64,000 nt of DNA from Pyrodictiaceae archaeon (GCA_027036135.1 JALVSY010000016.1:320001-384000); one strand, 5' to 3'; shown: positions 28,505 through 38,802, numbered from the stretch's first letter. The notes: generated from the letters alone by a model not told the origin. Made by a program: numbers and translations.

Positions 28505-28810
28505 ACGGTAAACGATAAAGCAGTAGGCATAGGCCTACTAGTCATAGGCATAATAGTTATTCTATTCTATGCAGTAGCTCTCTTCGACCCCGGACTAATA
28601 GGGCTAAGCAACAATTTTAGTGAATTATTGATAAAAATAACAGTATTCATAGCGGTGGCCGCGGTAATGGGTATACTTGCCTGGATAGGATACACATTGG
28701 CAACAACACCGCCTCCTAAGCCAATCGAGGAGATAGAGAAAGAGCTAGAAGAGGAGCTAAAGAAGCTAGAGAAAGAACTCCAAGAGAGTGAGAGAGAGGA
28801 GCAAAAATAG
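28505..28810 (+). CDS. Conserved small two-TM archaeal membrane protein with acidic coiled-coil tail, apparent ACG start
   Basis: Frame of ORF 28628 is open back to TGA 28496-28498: (T)VNDKAVGIGLLVIGIIVILFYAVALF...ILAWIGYTLATTPPPKPIEEIEKELEEE. SD GGGGTGA ends 6 nt before ACG 28505. Confidence 0.7.
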   Translation, partial: TVNDKAVGIGLLVIGIIVILFYAVALFDPGLIGLSNNFSELLIKITVFIAVAAVMGILAWIGYTLATTPPPKPIEEIEKELEEELKKLEKELQESEREEQK

Positions 28811-28861
28811 CGTTAAAGGCTTAATTCTTTTTGTCGAGAGGTATAGCTCTTCTTCGCTTTT

Positions 28862-30241
28862 TTACTCGGGTGTTATCACCAGTTCTTCATCCTTGTATGC
28901 TATTACTATCATGCTTCCGAGGATAGTTGCTAGCGATACAAGGCTCATGAATCCGAGTAGAGCTGCTCCATTATATATTCCTTCAAGTCTTATGTAAGCT
29001 TTTAATGAGCCGGGGCCTTGTGGCGTCATTACTTGAGTACTTATTGTTGCCCTTTCCAATACACCTTTAGCAGTATAGTAGGCGTTCTCTACAAGAAGTA
29101 TATAACTTATGCCTATACTATAGTGTGGACCAAGTTGCAGCAACATATGTGCTGGGCCAAGGAGTAGATGATGTATCACGGTTCCCCCTCTTGATGGGGC
29201 AAAGAGAAGCCCTGAGTTCGCCAATATATCAAGTAAGACCTTAGAGTCTATAGTATCGCCAGCAGTCAATACTCTGTGCCAGTTAATTATTCCAAGATAT
29301 GCGTTTTCGCCCCCATCACCTATCCAATGAACATTATAGGTCATTGTAACAAAGCTTTTCGGGATATAAGCAAACGAGGTAACAGCTCCTAGTAATAGAA
29401 TTGAGATAAGTACTAAGAGTACAGCCTTTGTTAATAGGCTTAGGCCGCGCCTTAGGTAGTAGAGCGGCGTAAACACTATGAAACCGAAGAGCCTTCTTGC
29501 CGAGGCAAGTTCTTTCAGGGTTGCTAGCCTATGCTTATCTATCAGTATTGGTAAAAATGCTATTCCTGCAACAAAACCGCCTGCATGAGCAAAGAATGCC
29601 ACCGTACTAGATGCTGCAAGGTAAAAACCTTCAAGTACTTGTAGCATGAACCAAAAGAGAATCCATAGAGCTGCTGAAAACTCAAAACAGAATGGCACTA
29701 TGAAGAAGAACATACAAGCGGCTAGTCTTGTACCCGGATAAAGCATTAAGTATGCGCCAAGAACGCCACTTATAGCTCCACTTGCACCTATACTCGGTAT
29801 TGTCAACCCGCTAGGAGATATTATAAACATGAATACAGTGTACACTATTGATGCAATAATCCCACTGATGAGGTAGTGTATTATATACCTTATGTGACCC
29901 ATGCTTCTTTCAACGGCGCGGCCAAAGAGATAAAGGAAATACATATTAAAAAGTATATGAAGTATGTTTGCATGTGTAAACATGGACGTAAATATTCTAT
30001 ATATATATGTAGGGCTGCTGAGCAACCCGAGCGGTATAAAGCCTAGTCTCGATATCCAGGCTTCGCTTGACTGCATAAAGAATGAGGAGGCAGAAGTAAT
30101 CATGTATATTACTACATTTACGCCAATGAGTAAATAGGTCGCCCATGGCGTTTCCCGGGTATAAATTGGCTCCTCCTCGATAGCTATCGGTATCTCGTTA
30201 GTGAATCTAGGCAAACGAGGCTCCTTGTTCAACCTTATCAT
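28862..30241 (-). CDS. Rhomboid intramembrane serine protease with C-terminal extension
   Basis: TSMFTHANILHILFNM, GASGAISG, AHAGGF. Confidence 0.92.
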   Translation of the reverse strand: MIRLNKEPRLPRFTNEIPIAIEEEPIYTRETPWATYLLIGVNVVIYMITSASSFFMQSSEAWISRLGFIPLGLLSSPTYIYRIFTSMFTHANILHILFNMYFLYLFGRAVERSMGHIRYIIHYLISGIIASIVYTVFMFIISPSGLTIPSIGASGAISGVLGAYLMLYPGTRLAACMFFFIVPFCFEFSAALWILFWFMLQVLEGFYLAASSTVAFFAHAGGFVAGIAFLPILIDKHRLATLKELASARRLFGFIVFTPLYYLRRGLSLLTKAVLLVLISILLLGAVTSFAYIPKSFVTMTYNVHWIGDGGENAYLGIINWHRVLTAGDTIDSKVLLDILANSGLLFAPSRGGTVIHHLLLGPAHMLLQLGPHYSIGISYILLVENAYYTAKGVLERATISTQVMTPQGPGSLKAYIRLEGIYNGAALLGFMSLVSLATILGSMIVIAYKDEELVITPE

Positions 30242-30437
30242 TCTCCGTGTCTTGGCTGCAGCCAGTACCCGTCTTGTGACAAAGCCTTAAGGAACCATTT
30301 TATTGATAATGCTCCTTTCTCCTCTTTCTCTTCTCAATAGTTACCTGGTTAATTATTGTTGTAAGCGTTATAGCGTTTAATTACTCCAGGGCACAGTGTA
30401 GTACTAAGCAACTAGGCTATAGGGGCGGTGAAGCAAC

Positions 30438-31811
30438 TTGAGCGAGTTCGGAGACCTCTTATCCAGAGCAGTTAGTGAAGCCTCGCGCCTAGGCGTAGAT
30501 TTCGCCGACTTCCGGCTGGAGAGAACTAGGTTTATGCTAATAGATCGACGCGATGAGGCAACTAGCATATCATCTGGCTACGACTATGGTGTCGCTGTAA
30601 GAGTATTCATTAAGGGCTCGATGGGCTTCGCGTTCACGACGAGGCTCACGACCGATTCTATCATTAATGCCCTTAGACGTGCATATTCTATGGCGAAGGC
30701 TGTAAAGGGTAACCTGCCTAGCCCGGTGACGATGGATCCGGCCGAGGATTATTATGAGGCGCCTGTTAAGAGAAGCATACTTGATGTACCCGTTGACCAG
30801 AAAGTTAAGGATCTACTAGAGTTTGACAAGATTATTTCTTCGAAGCCGGAAGTCAAGTCCAGAACGATACGCTACGTAGAGCGTGTTGAGGAAAGGCACT
30901 ATGCCAGTACCGAGGAGAGATATCTCTCCGAGAAACGTGAGCTAGTCTATGTATATGCCTCGGTTTTTGGGCTGCGCGAAGGCGTACGCGCGTCAGCACA
31001 CATAGTTAAGGGTACGATAAAGGGCTATGTAGTATGGGACAAGTATCCTCTCGAGGAAGCCGCGAAAGAGCTACTAAACAGGTTAGAGGTGCAGCTCCGC
31101 GCAAAGACGCCTAAGCCGGGTAACTACCCGGTAGTCCTAGCCCCTGAGGCGCTCGGGGTATTCGTTCACGAGGCCTTCGGGCACCTAGCTGAGGCGGACC
31201 TAGTTGCAGCTGGGAGTGTGCTAAGAGACAAGAGAGGTAAACAAGTAGCGTCGAGCCTCGTAACCATAGTAGATGACCCTACACTGGACGATGGATTCGG
31301 TACAATAAAGTACGACGACGAGGGGGTACGCACAGCGCGTGCAACTATAGTAGAGAGGGGGATCCACAAGGATATCATGACCGACCGCGTGCACGCAGCA
31401 CTATTTGATGTAGACCCGACTGGTAATGGTAGGGCAGAGTCATTTCGTTATACTCCACTTGTCCGGATGAGGAACACGGTTATGTTGCCAGGCGACTATA
31501 GCGTTGAGGAGATTTTCCGCGACATAAAGTTTGGGTATTATATTGTAGCGACCGGAGGAGGCCAGACAAACCTTGATGGGAGCTTCCAAGTAGGCATAGA
31601 GGAGGCCTACGAGATAGTTAATGGTGAGATAGGAGAATCTGTGAGAAACCTAAGCATAGCAGGAAACACGCTAGAGACGCTCTTCAACATAGACGCTGTG
31701 GGCAAGGACTTCCAACTATTCTACGGGAGATGCGGCAAGGGCCAACTAGTATATGTGTCGGATGGAGGCCCCCATGTACGAGTCAAGAAAATGACTGTTG
31801 GTGGGAGATAA
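30438..31811 (+). CDS. tldD: TldD metalloprotease
   Basis: HEAFGH, YDDEG, TGNGRA, RMRNT, CGKGQ...GGPH. Confidence 0.95.
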   Translation: MSEFGDLLSRAVSEASRLGVDFADFRLERTRFMLIDRRDEATSISSGYDYGVAVRVFIKGSMGFAFTTRLTTDSIINALRRAYSMAKAVKGNLPSPVTMDPAEDYYEAPVKRSILDVPVDQKVKDLLEFDKIISSKPEVKSRTIRYVERVEERHYASTEERYLSEKRELVYVYASVFGLREGVRASAHIVKGTIKGYVVWDKYPLEEAAKELLNRLEVQLRAKTPKPGNYPVVLAPEALGVFVHEAFGHLAEADLVAAGSVLRDKRGKQVASSLVTIVDDPTLDDGFGTIKYDDEGVRTARATIVERGIHKDIMTDRVHAALFDVDPTGNGRAESFRYTPLVRMRNTVMLPGDYSVEEIFRDIKFGYYIVATGGGQTNLDGSFQVGIEEAYEIVNGEIGESVRNLSIAGNTLETLFNIDAVGKDFQLFYGRCGKGQLVYVSDGGPHVRVKKMTVGGR

Positions 31812-31862
31812 TCTCTCAGCCTTGTATTTATCCATGTACCTAGTTGGATCTCCGGTATAAAC

Positions 31863-33248
31863 ATGTCCGAGAGGTGGTTTGGCGCATTGTCGCGGAGAAT
31901 AGAGCCCATAGAGCTAGCCGTCCTCGCAGTTAGGTGGGCTATCCACGAGGGTGCTACCGAGGCAGAGGCCTTCACCCTTGTTGAGAGAGGATACAAGGTA
32001 AGCCTCAGAGCTAATAGGATTAGCAGTCTCGAGGTAGTGGACGACGCGGGTATTGGGATAAGAGTAGCTGTTGGTAAGAAGCTTGGCTTCAGCTACGTTA
32101 CTGGCCTTGACCGCGACTCTGTGAGAGAAGCTGTTCGCAATGCTGTCAAGCAGGCAAGAGCCGCTCCCGAGGACAGAGAGTGGAGGGGACTACCAGAGCC
32201 CAGCCCTAGTTACCCAGAGCCCAGGAACATGTATAGCCCTGCTCTGGCATACATGGAGTCCTCAACGGTTCTCGAGAACGCCAAGTACATGCTCGACAAA
32301 GCGCTAGAGACAAAGGGCGTGCAGGTAGTAGGAGGAGGAACTGGTGTATATATCGTTGAGAGAGCTGTAACAAACAGTAACGGGGTCTACAGAGTAGACT
32401 CAGGAACAATGGCTTTCGCAGCAATAGATGTCCTCGTGCAGAGCAATGGAATAACCACGCCCGCTATCTACGAGCTTAGCTCAAGCCGTGTATCATTCCC
32501 AAGCCTCGACCATGTAGTTGAGAAGGCTATAGAGAAGGCGAAGCAGTGCACAAAGCGGGCAGAGGGAGTCACGACAGGCAAGTATACAGTCGTGCTTAGC
32601 CCCGGCGTGCTCTATGAACTCCTAGCGCCTACGGTTCTTTACTCACTTAGAGGAGACATAGCGGTTCAGGGAAGGAGCTTTTACGCTGACAAGATTGGTC
32701 AGCAACATCTCTCCGAGAAGATAACAATAGTGGACGACGGTGTCCTCAAAGGAGGTGATAACACGTGGAGATTCGACGGCGAAGGTGTGGCTACCTCCCG
32801 TAAGGTTCTCGTAGAGAAGGGTGTAGTCAAGGGCTTCATCTACGACACATACTGGGGGCGAAGAGCAGGGAAAGAGAGCACTGGTAACGCTGTTAGGGCT
32901 GGCTATGCCTCAAAACCATCACCAGGATTCACTAACATAATAGTGGAGCAAGGCGATGCATCACCCGACGAGCTGTTAGAGGGAAGAGTACTCGTAATTT
33001 ACCAGGTGCAGGGAGCCCATACAGCTAACTCCGATACGGGCGAGTACAGCGTATTGGCGAACCCTGCTATCCTCTATGAGAACGGCGAGCCTAAGGGATG
33101 GGTCCAAGGGGCTGTTATATCAGGCAACATGTACAAGGAGATAATGAATAACGTGGAGCTGGTAGGGAAGCTAGTAGAGAAGCCTTATCCAGGCGTCTAT
33201 ATGCCCTGGATAAGGCTGAGCGAGATAACTGTTGCGACGAAGAGCTAG
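31863..33248 (+). CDS. pmbA: PmbA/TldE
   Basis: GIGIRV, FDGEG, STGNA, lacks HExxxH. Paired with tldD. Confidence 0.93.
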   Translation: MSERWFGALSRRIEPIELAVLAVRWAIHEGATEAEAFTLVERGYKVSLRANRISSLEVVDDAGIGIRVAVGKKLGFSYVTGLDRDSVREAVRNAVKQARAAPEDREWRGLPEPSPSYPEPRNMYSPALAYMESSTVLENAKYMLDKALETKGVQVVGGGTGVYIVERAVTNSNGVYRVDSGTMAFAAIDVLVQSNGITTPAIYELSSSRVSFPSLDHVVEKAIEKAKQCTKRAEGVTTGKYTVVLSPGVLYELLAPTVLYSLRGDIAVQGRSFYADKIGQQHLSEKITIVDDGVLKGGDNTWRFDGEGVATSRKVLVEKGVVKGFIYDTYWGRRAGKESTGNAVRAGYASKPSPGFTNIIVEQGDASPDELLEGRVLVIYQVQGAHTANSDTGEYSVLANPAILYENGEPKGWVQGAVISGNMYKEIMNNVELVGKLVEKPYPGVYMPWIRLSEITVATKS

Positions 33249-34003
33249 CAAAGGTACTCAGCACTATACATTGATGGAGAGTAGAACATGTATTTTATCA
33301 CGAGTACTCCCTGGGTCTTACATGCTTTTTCAATATCGCTCCTGAGCTGTGCGGCTAGCCTCGCATACTTGAATACAGCCTCCATCACTGTCTCCTTGAA
33401 GTAGGCTAGAGGAGCGTGGCTGTCAAGTATCGTTTTCCTTACATAGGCGGGATCCGGTACAACAACAATGCGTTCGCCGCCTGGGTAAATGCTCTCTGAG
33501 CTGAGCCCAGAAACTGCTAGTAAGAAGAGACTCCTGGGTACAAGGATCTTTGCCTTTTTAGCCGGGTTAATCACTACATGTTGCCCGGGGATTCTGAGAA
33601 GGCCCGACTTGTACCACCTAGTCATCTCGCCCTGTTGGGACGACATAGCGAGGACTGCACCAGCTAGGATAGGCTCGGCTATGAAGACTTGGTCGCCGCT
33701 GGAGAGGGATTCCTCAAATGCTGCTAGGGCTTCTACCTCGTCTTGCAACTCGTAGAAGGTTTTCCTCCAACGAGGTGTAGCTAAGGGCTCGGCCTCCTCT
33801 ACTAGGTCTACTAGGTCATAGTATGCTGCGACAACGTAGTCGTAGACGGGGTCGTAACCTGATATGTGGGCAGCGGCTATAGCAGCGAATAAGTAATTGA
33901 ATGGCTTGTCTTGAAGCTTGTACCCTGCACGGCTTAGCTTCTCCATCACCGTATCTAGGTAGGGTCGCAACCACTCCTCGGGCTCGCCAACGCCTATCTC
34001 CAA
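33245..34003 (-). CDS. Hypothetical protein
   Basis: 252-aa ORF with SD GGAGG before TTG. Confidence 0.7.
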   Translation of the reverse strand: MEIGVGEPEEWLRPYLDTVMEKLSRAGYKLQDKPFNYLFAAIAAAHISGYDPVYDYVVAAYYDLVDLVEEAEPLATPRWRKTFYELQDEVEALAAFEESLSSGDQVFIAEPILAGAVLAMSSQQGEMTRWYKSGLLRIPGQHVVINPAKKAKILVPRSLFLLAVSGLSSESIYPGGERIVVVPDPAYVRKTILDSHAPLAYFKETVMEAVFKYARLAAQLRSDIEKACKTQGVLVIKYMFYSPSMYSAEYLC

Positions 34004-34144
34004 GCCTCCTTAATCCCTCCTTCCTTGCCGTCCACGCTAGTAGCCCCCGCTAGGCTAAAGTAGTATAGCCAGTTCTGCGAGCAATAAAGAGCTAGTATAA
34101 CTGGAGACAGATATTGCAGAATTGATTAACCTACGGCATACTGG

Positions 34145-34222
34145 TTTTAAACCCTTCTCTAATCCGGTGTGTTGAATGGTAAAAGAGAGTGTTCATTCAA
34201 CGCTCTTTAGCCCGTGAAGAGC
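34145..34222 (+). promoter_or_regulatory. TATA box plus inverted-repeat/bistable leader upstream of ABC binding protein
   Basis: TTTTAAA 34145-34151, GTTGAATG/CATTCAAC, GCTCTTT/GAAGAGC, alternative AGAGTGTT/AACGCTCT. Confidence 0.45.
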
Positions 34223-34244
34223 TATAGGTGTGGGGTGTCGCTAA

Positions 34245-35618
34245 TTGCGCGCAATGGATGGGCGTAGGATTGCTGCGCTAGTAGCGATAATAGTTATAGT
34301 AGTCGCTATAGGTGTTGGATTAGCTCTCTTTAAGCCTTGGGGCGGCAAGAAAGGGATAGTACTTAAGATAGTTACGAGGCTCTCGCCAGAAGAGCAGAAA
34401 GAAATCAGACAAGCATTCTTATCGAGCAAGATAGCTAAGGAATACCACATAAAGGATGTAGAGTTCACTAAGGTTGACTATAGCCTCTGGAAACAATTAG
34501 CGCTCAGTGGGAAAGTAGACCTATTCTTCATAGGAGAAAAGGTTGTCTATGATCGTCTCTGTAAGGAGGGCGCTTTCGTCCCCATAACAATGGATAAGCT
34601 CGTCAGCATAATTAATGGGCTTAAGCCCCAGTTTGTTGGGAGAGGTGCTAAGGGCAATATCTGCTGGGTAGCTGTGGGCCAAGCAGTCTATGGCTACATA
34701 GTAAACAATAACTTCTTGAAACAATATGGTTTACCAAAGCCGGTGAAGTGGGGCAGTCTCGAGAACCCTGTTTATCTCAAGCCCTTGCTCAGCCACGCCT
34801 ACACGGTATCCTTTCCGAGGCCCACGAAGAGCGGCACAGCTAGAACAACGATGCACGGTATACTACAGATATATGGCTGGGATGATGGATGGCGCCTACT
34901 AACAGTCATAGGAATGGAGGCTGGTATTGTCGATAGCTCTGAGAAGGCCAGAGACCAGGCAGCAGAGGGCATAGTGGGTGTGGCGCCAGCCTACATAGGC
35001 TATGGAATTGAGGCCGAAAAGGAGGGCAAGGGAGCAGTATTCGAGATACCAAGAGGCGAGGGAATAGCATATATCTCGCCAGTAGCGCTTGCAAAGAAGG
35101 CCCCTCACCCAAGAGAGGCTCAAGCCTTCATACTATGGTTACTGAGCCCTGACGGCCAGAGAACAATTGCCAAGCTCTTCTACTATTTGCCGGTGAGGAA
35201 CATTACCGGGATAAGTTGGGTCAGGGAAGTATATCAGAAAATGAAAGGAAACATATTCCAATACAACCGCACACTCGCGGAGAAAGTTGACCTAGCAGCA
35301 ACAACTTACTTCGAGGCAGCAATAGCTGATAGCGATGCCAACGCCCTGCTCAAGGAGATAGGACAGCTAGCCGCACAGCTAATGGAGAAGGGGAAGCTGA
35401 GCAAGAACCAGTGGCTCAGAATAGTTGAGCAACTAGCGCCCTTAACAATAAAGGATCCATGGACAGGTAAGCAAGTCAAGTTTACACTTGAGTACGCAGA
35501 GAAGATAAACAACAAGCTTCAGAACAATGCGGACCGGGACAAGTTCTACAACGCTGTCAAATCCGCTGCTATCAACACATATAAGAAGGTTCTAGAGGAG
35601 CTCAAGAGCATGAGCTAA
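34245..35618 (+). CDS. ABC transporter substrate-binding protein (AfuA/FbpA/thiamine-like family)
   Basis: N-terminal TM anchor, VDLFFIG, PTKSGTA, YGWDDGW, EAQAFILWLLSPDGQ. Confidence 0.85.
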   Translation: MRAMDGRRIAALVAIIVIVVAIGVGLALFKPWGGKKGIVLKIVTRLSPEEQKEIRQAFLSSKIAKEYHIKDVEFTKVDYSLWKQLALSGKVDLFFIGEKVVYDRLCKEGAFVPITMDKLVSIINGLKPQFVGRGAKGNICWVAVGQAVYGYIVNNNFLKQYGLPKPVKWGSLENPVYLKPLLSHAYTVSFPRPTKSGTARTTMHGILQIYGWDDGWRLLTVIGMEAGIVDSSEKARDQAAEGIVGVAPAYIGYGIEAEKEGKGAVFEIPRGEGIAYISPVALAKKAPHPREAQAFILWLLSPDGQRTIAKLFYYLPVRNITGISWVREVYQKMKGNIFQYNRTLAEKVDLAATTYFEAAIADSDANALLKEIGQLAAQLMEKGKLSKNQWLRIVEQLAPLTIKDPWTGKQVKFTLEYAEKINNKLQNNADRDKFYNAVKSAAINTYKKVLEELKSMS

Positions 35619-35628
35619 GGAAGTAGCG

Positions 35629-37380
35629 ATGAAGTCTAGTTCAGTGCTCAAACTAGTAGTCCCAGTATTAGCGGTCTACGCAATCGGTGTTTTTGCCCCG
35701 CTTCTAGCACTTCTGACCCCCAGTACACTGGCTAGGAGCATTCTCTCTGTCCTACACGAGCCTGGTTTCGCTAAACCAATTCTCCTCTACTCACCAGTAA
35801 CAATTATCCATGAAAGCCATACTAGGATGATCGTGCTTGATTTCCCCCTCATAGGCTCGCTTTGGCTTACACTACTAGTCGCACTCCTTGCGTCAATATC
35901 CTCGTTTCTGTTAGCGTATATAGTCCTAGTACCAGCTATACTATATAGACCTATTACACGCCTATCATTGCTTCTAGCCCTCATAGGGCTCCTACCATAC
36001 CCCTTCATAGAGGCCTACGTGGTACAACGAGTATTTGATCCGAGAATAGGCCTCGTCAATACATTATTGAGGAAACTCGGAGTAATCATTGTGGTCAAGG
36101 GGGCTATGGGTGTACTGATATACCAGGTACTAGTGTTTACTCCCGTGGCTTTTGTGATACTTCTTAGCTATGTATACTCGTTGCCTAGAGAGCAGCTAGA
36201 GGCCGCTCTACAACTAGGGGCTCGTGGAGCAAGCCTCGCTAGATTAATCTATAGGGCCGCTAAGCCAGCTATAGTAGCGAGCCTGTCACTAGTCTTCGTC
36301 CTAAGCATAGATGACGTAGCTGGTCCACTGGTATTCGAACAAGATCCGAGCGCCCGTAGCCTACTAGCCTATAAGGCTTACACGTACTTTCTCAACTCCG
36401 TCTATGGAGGCTTCTCCTATACAGCGCTTGGGCATGCAATAGTATTGCTCTTATTATCAGTGCTCGTATTCGCAATTAGCTATAGGAGTATAGCCGAGAC
36501 ATATCGCGGAATAACATCGGGGCGTGAGAGAGCCGGGCTCCTTCCCCGCCTAGACCGGGCCGGCGCGCTTAGCCTTGTAATAGTCATAGCTTTCCTAGGA
36601 CCATCGGCTTTCCTAAAAATCCTTTGCATAGCCTACGGATTCTCGTCAAAATGGGTTGCATCCCCCTTGCCGAGCCCTGGGCTCAACCAGCTTCGTCTTC
36701 TATCCTCGTCGCCAGATATACTCAGGGCTGTGCTGAACAGCTTCCTCTACACAATAGCATCTATTATCCTCGTACTTGCCCTCTTGTCGCCAGCAGCCTA
36801 CACTGTTGCACGGCGCCTAATTAGGGCAAGTGGCTTACTAGACGCCGCCATAATGTCAACAATAGCTATCCCCGGAATAGTGCTTGCCTATGCCTACTAC
36901 CAGTTCTTTACAAGTATCCTTGGCCCGGGCTCTCCTCTATCCCCTATAGGCGCGCCCTGGCTCTACTTAGTACTAGGCTACTCGGTTAGGAGGGCGCCAC
37001 TATACTACAAACCGTTATCAGCTCTAGTCTCCTCCCTGCCCGTGGAGTTAGAGGAGGCGGCAAAGAACCTGGGGGCCGGCATAGCAAGGATATATAGATC
37101 CATAGTGGCACCGATCATAATTAGGAGGGGGGTAGGAATAGCGGCATTTACCTCCCTTAGCATAGCATCAGAGGTAAGCCTATCAATAACAATAGGAGGG
37201 CTGGGAGGCTCTAGCGGGGCAAATCACCCAGCACCGCTGACGAACCTCGTAGCAAGCTACATAAGCTTTAGTGGCCTAGCCTATGCGGGTGCCTTGGCGC
37301 TTGCTCTGACACTGCTCTATGCTCTAGTCATCCCGGTCACTCTTATTATAGTCAAGCTAGTCTCCGCGCTCCATAGGTAA
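35629..37380 (+). CDS. ABC transporter permease, two fused TM modules (FbpB/ThiP type)
   Basis: Two EAA loops: QLEAALQLGA and LEEAAKNLGA. Confidence 0.9.
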   Translation: MKSSSVLKLVVPVLAVYAIGVFAPLLALLTPSTLARSILSVLHEPGFAKPILLYSPVTIIHESHTRMIVLDFPLIGSLWLTLLVALLASISSFLLAYIVLVPAILYRPITRLSLLLALIGLLPYPFIEAYVVQRVFDPRIGLVNTLLRKLGVIIVVKGAMGVLIYQVLVFTPVAFVILLSYVYSLPREQLEAALQLGARGASLARLIYRAAKPAIVASLSLVFVLSIDDVAGPLVFEQDPSARSLLAYKAYTYFLNSVYGGFSYTALGHAIVLLLLSVLVFAISYRSIAETYRGITSGRERAGLLPRLDRAGALSLVIVIAFLGPSAFLKILCIAYGFSSKWVASPLPSPGLNQLRLLSSSPDILRAVLNSFLYTIASIILVLALLSPAAYTVARRLIRASGLLDAAIMSTIAIPGIVLAYAYYQFFTSILGPGSPLSPIGAPWLYLVLGYSVRRAPLYYKPLSALVSSLPVELEEAAKNLGAGIARIYRSIVAPIIIRRGVGIAAFTSLSIASEVSLSITIGGLGGSSGANHPAPLTNLVASYISFSGLAYAGALALALTLLYALVIPVTLIIVKLVSALHR

Positions 37381-38658
37381 TGCTATTAGCTCGCGCTGCC
37401 TCCACGCTCGCAGAGCCGTCTCAGCTACAGTCCATGGCTCAGATACACGTGGTGCTCTTGGCAGCTCGCCGCTCCACAAGCGCCTCATATAGTCCACAAC
37501 TGTGTTTCTCTCCAGCTCTTTCTCACTCCTCTCTGCTACTAGCTCCTTTGCGTAGAGGAGGGGCTTCGCCATCTTTGCGGGGAATCTCCAGAGATGCTGC
37601 TCCCTGAACGTCTTGTAGCTTGTCCAGCTATACCATTTTCTCCAAGTCTTCTCGAATACCTTCTCTATGAGCTCTGGGTCTTCTAGCTCGGGTACGTAGT
37701 GGAACTCGTAGAGTACGCGGTAAGGGCATAGGTCGCAAGCAACTCTCGGCGAGCCCTCCAAGTAGGCTGGGTGAATGAGTCCACTTTTCCTAACAATGCT
37801 TATTATGTCTAAGAGGCTGAGCACATAGGTTGGCCTAAACCTTCTACCAACAAGTATCACCCTCGCGGCGGCAGCCTTTGATAGCCTCTCAAAGCGTTTA
37901 GGGGACTCGGTAAGCCGGTCACCTACTACCTCAACAGCCCTTGGATCCTCCTTGAGGACTTTCCTCATAGGCTTCGCCTTATACATTGTGCAGTAGCGAT
38001 AGCCTCTTCGCGGCATACCCTTCCATTTAAGGAGAGCCTTCATATCCCTCCTAGGAGCCTCAACGAACTCTATCTCGACTCCAAGCTTCTCCGAGACTCT
38101 CTCAACGAACCTTACGCTACGCGGCGACTCGAGGAACGGGATATGAATATACATCACGTGCAAACGGAAATCAACGTATTCTTGAAGCTTAAGCAAGACA
38201 AGCAGGGCTGCAAGAGAATCCTTGCCACCACTAAAACCCAGGAGAACACGCCTACCACGAATCCCCCTACCAACAAGCCGCGCAAGCCACTCAGAATACT
38301 CATCCAAGCGCTCCACGACACGGGCATGGACATAGGGAGGAGCCATAACCCATGAACGAACCGGGGCAAACCCCTCGCCACCATCGCCGCGAACGATGAG
38401 CGAGCCACGCTTATCAAGCCATTCAGTAACGTCAACAGCACGGTCAACGCTAACCCATAGATAGTAGCGGCACCCCTCCCCACGCTTACAAATAAGCGTA
38501 GCATCACCACCACTACCAATAACGCCGACAAGCTCGCCTCTCTCAACCAATGGATACAGCTCAGTCATAACCCCTATGCCCCGAAGAGTAAGCCGCTGGT
38601 CACCCTTATCCCATGCTGGCCTCCGACCTTTATGCTTCCTAATGGCCCCGCTGATCAT
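37357..38658 (-). CDS. PAPS-reductase-family PP-loop protein
   Basis: FSGGKDS, RYCTMYK, GDRLTES, RVACDLCP. Start position uncertain. Confidence 0.85.
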   Translation of the reverse strand: MISGAIRKHKGRRPAWDKGDQRLTLRGIGVMTELYPLVERGELVGVIGSGGDATLICKRGEGCRYYLWVSVDRAVDVTEWLDKRGSLIVRGDGGEGFAPVRSWVMAPPYVHARVVERLDEYSEWLARLVGRGIRGRRVLLGFSGGKDSLAALLVLLKLQEYVDFRLHVMYIHIPFLESPRSVRFVERVSEKLGVEIEFVEAPRRDMKALLKWKGMPRRGYRYCTMYKAKPMRKVLKEDPRAVEVVGDRLTESPKRFERLSKAAAARVILVGRRFRPTYVLSLLDIISIVRKSGLIHPAYLEGSPRVACDLCPYRVLYEFHYVPELEDPELIEKVFEKTWRKWYSWTSYKTFREQHLWRFPAKMAKPLLYAKELVAERSEKELERNTVVDYMRRLWSGELPRAPRVSEPWTVAETALRAWRQRELIALPMERGD

Positions 38659-38732
38659 AATCCAGGAACCAATGTACTAGAAAACAAGCTCTACATGCCT
38701 AGGTATGGCTCTTATTCCTCTACTAGGGAAGG

Positions 38733-38802
38733 GCTCAGATATGCAGGGGGCGGTCTCCTCACAACCCTGGCGCTCCACGGCGACTCAACCCCTCATCACA
38801 GC
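38733..38802 (-). ncRNA. Box C/D guide sRNA candidate
   Basis: Minus strand GCT-GTGATGA(C, perfect)-GGGGTTGAGTCGCCG-TGGA-GCGCCAGGGTT-GTGAGGA(C')-GACCGCCCCCTGCATAT-CTGA(D, perfect)-GC. Confidence 0.6.
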
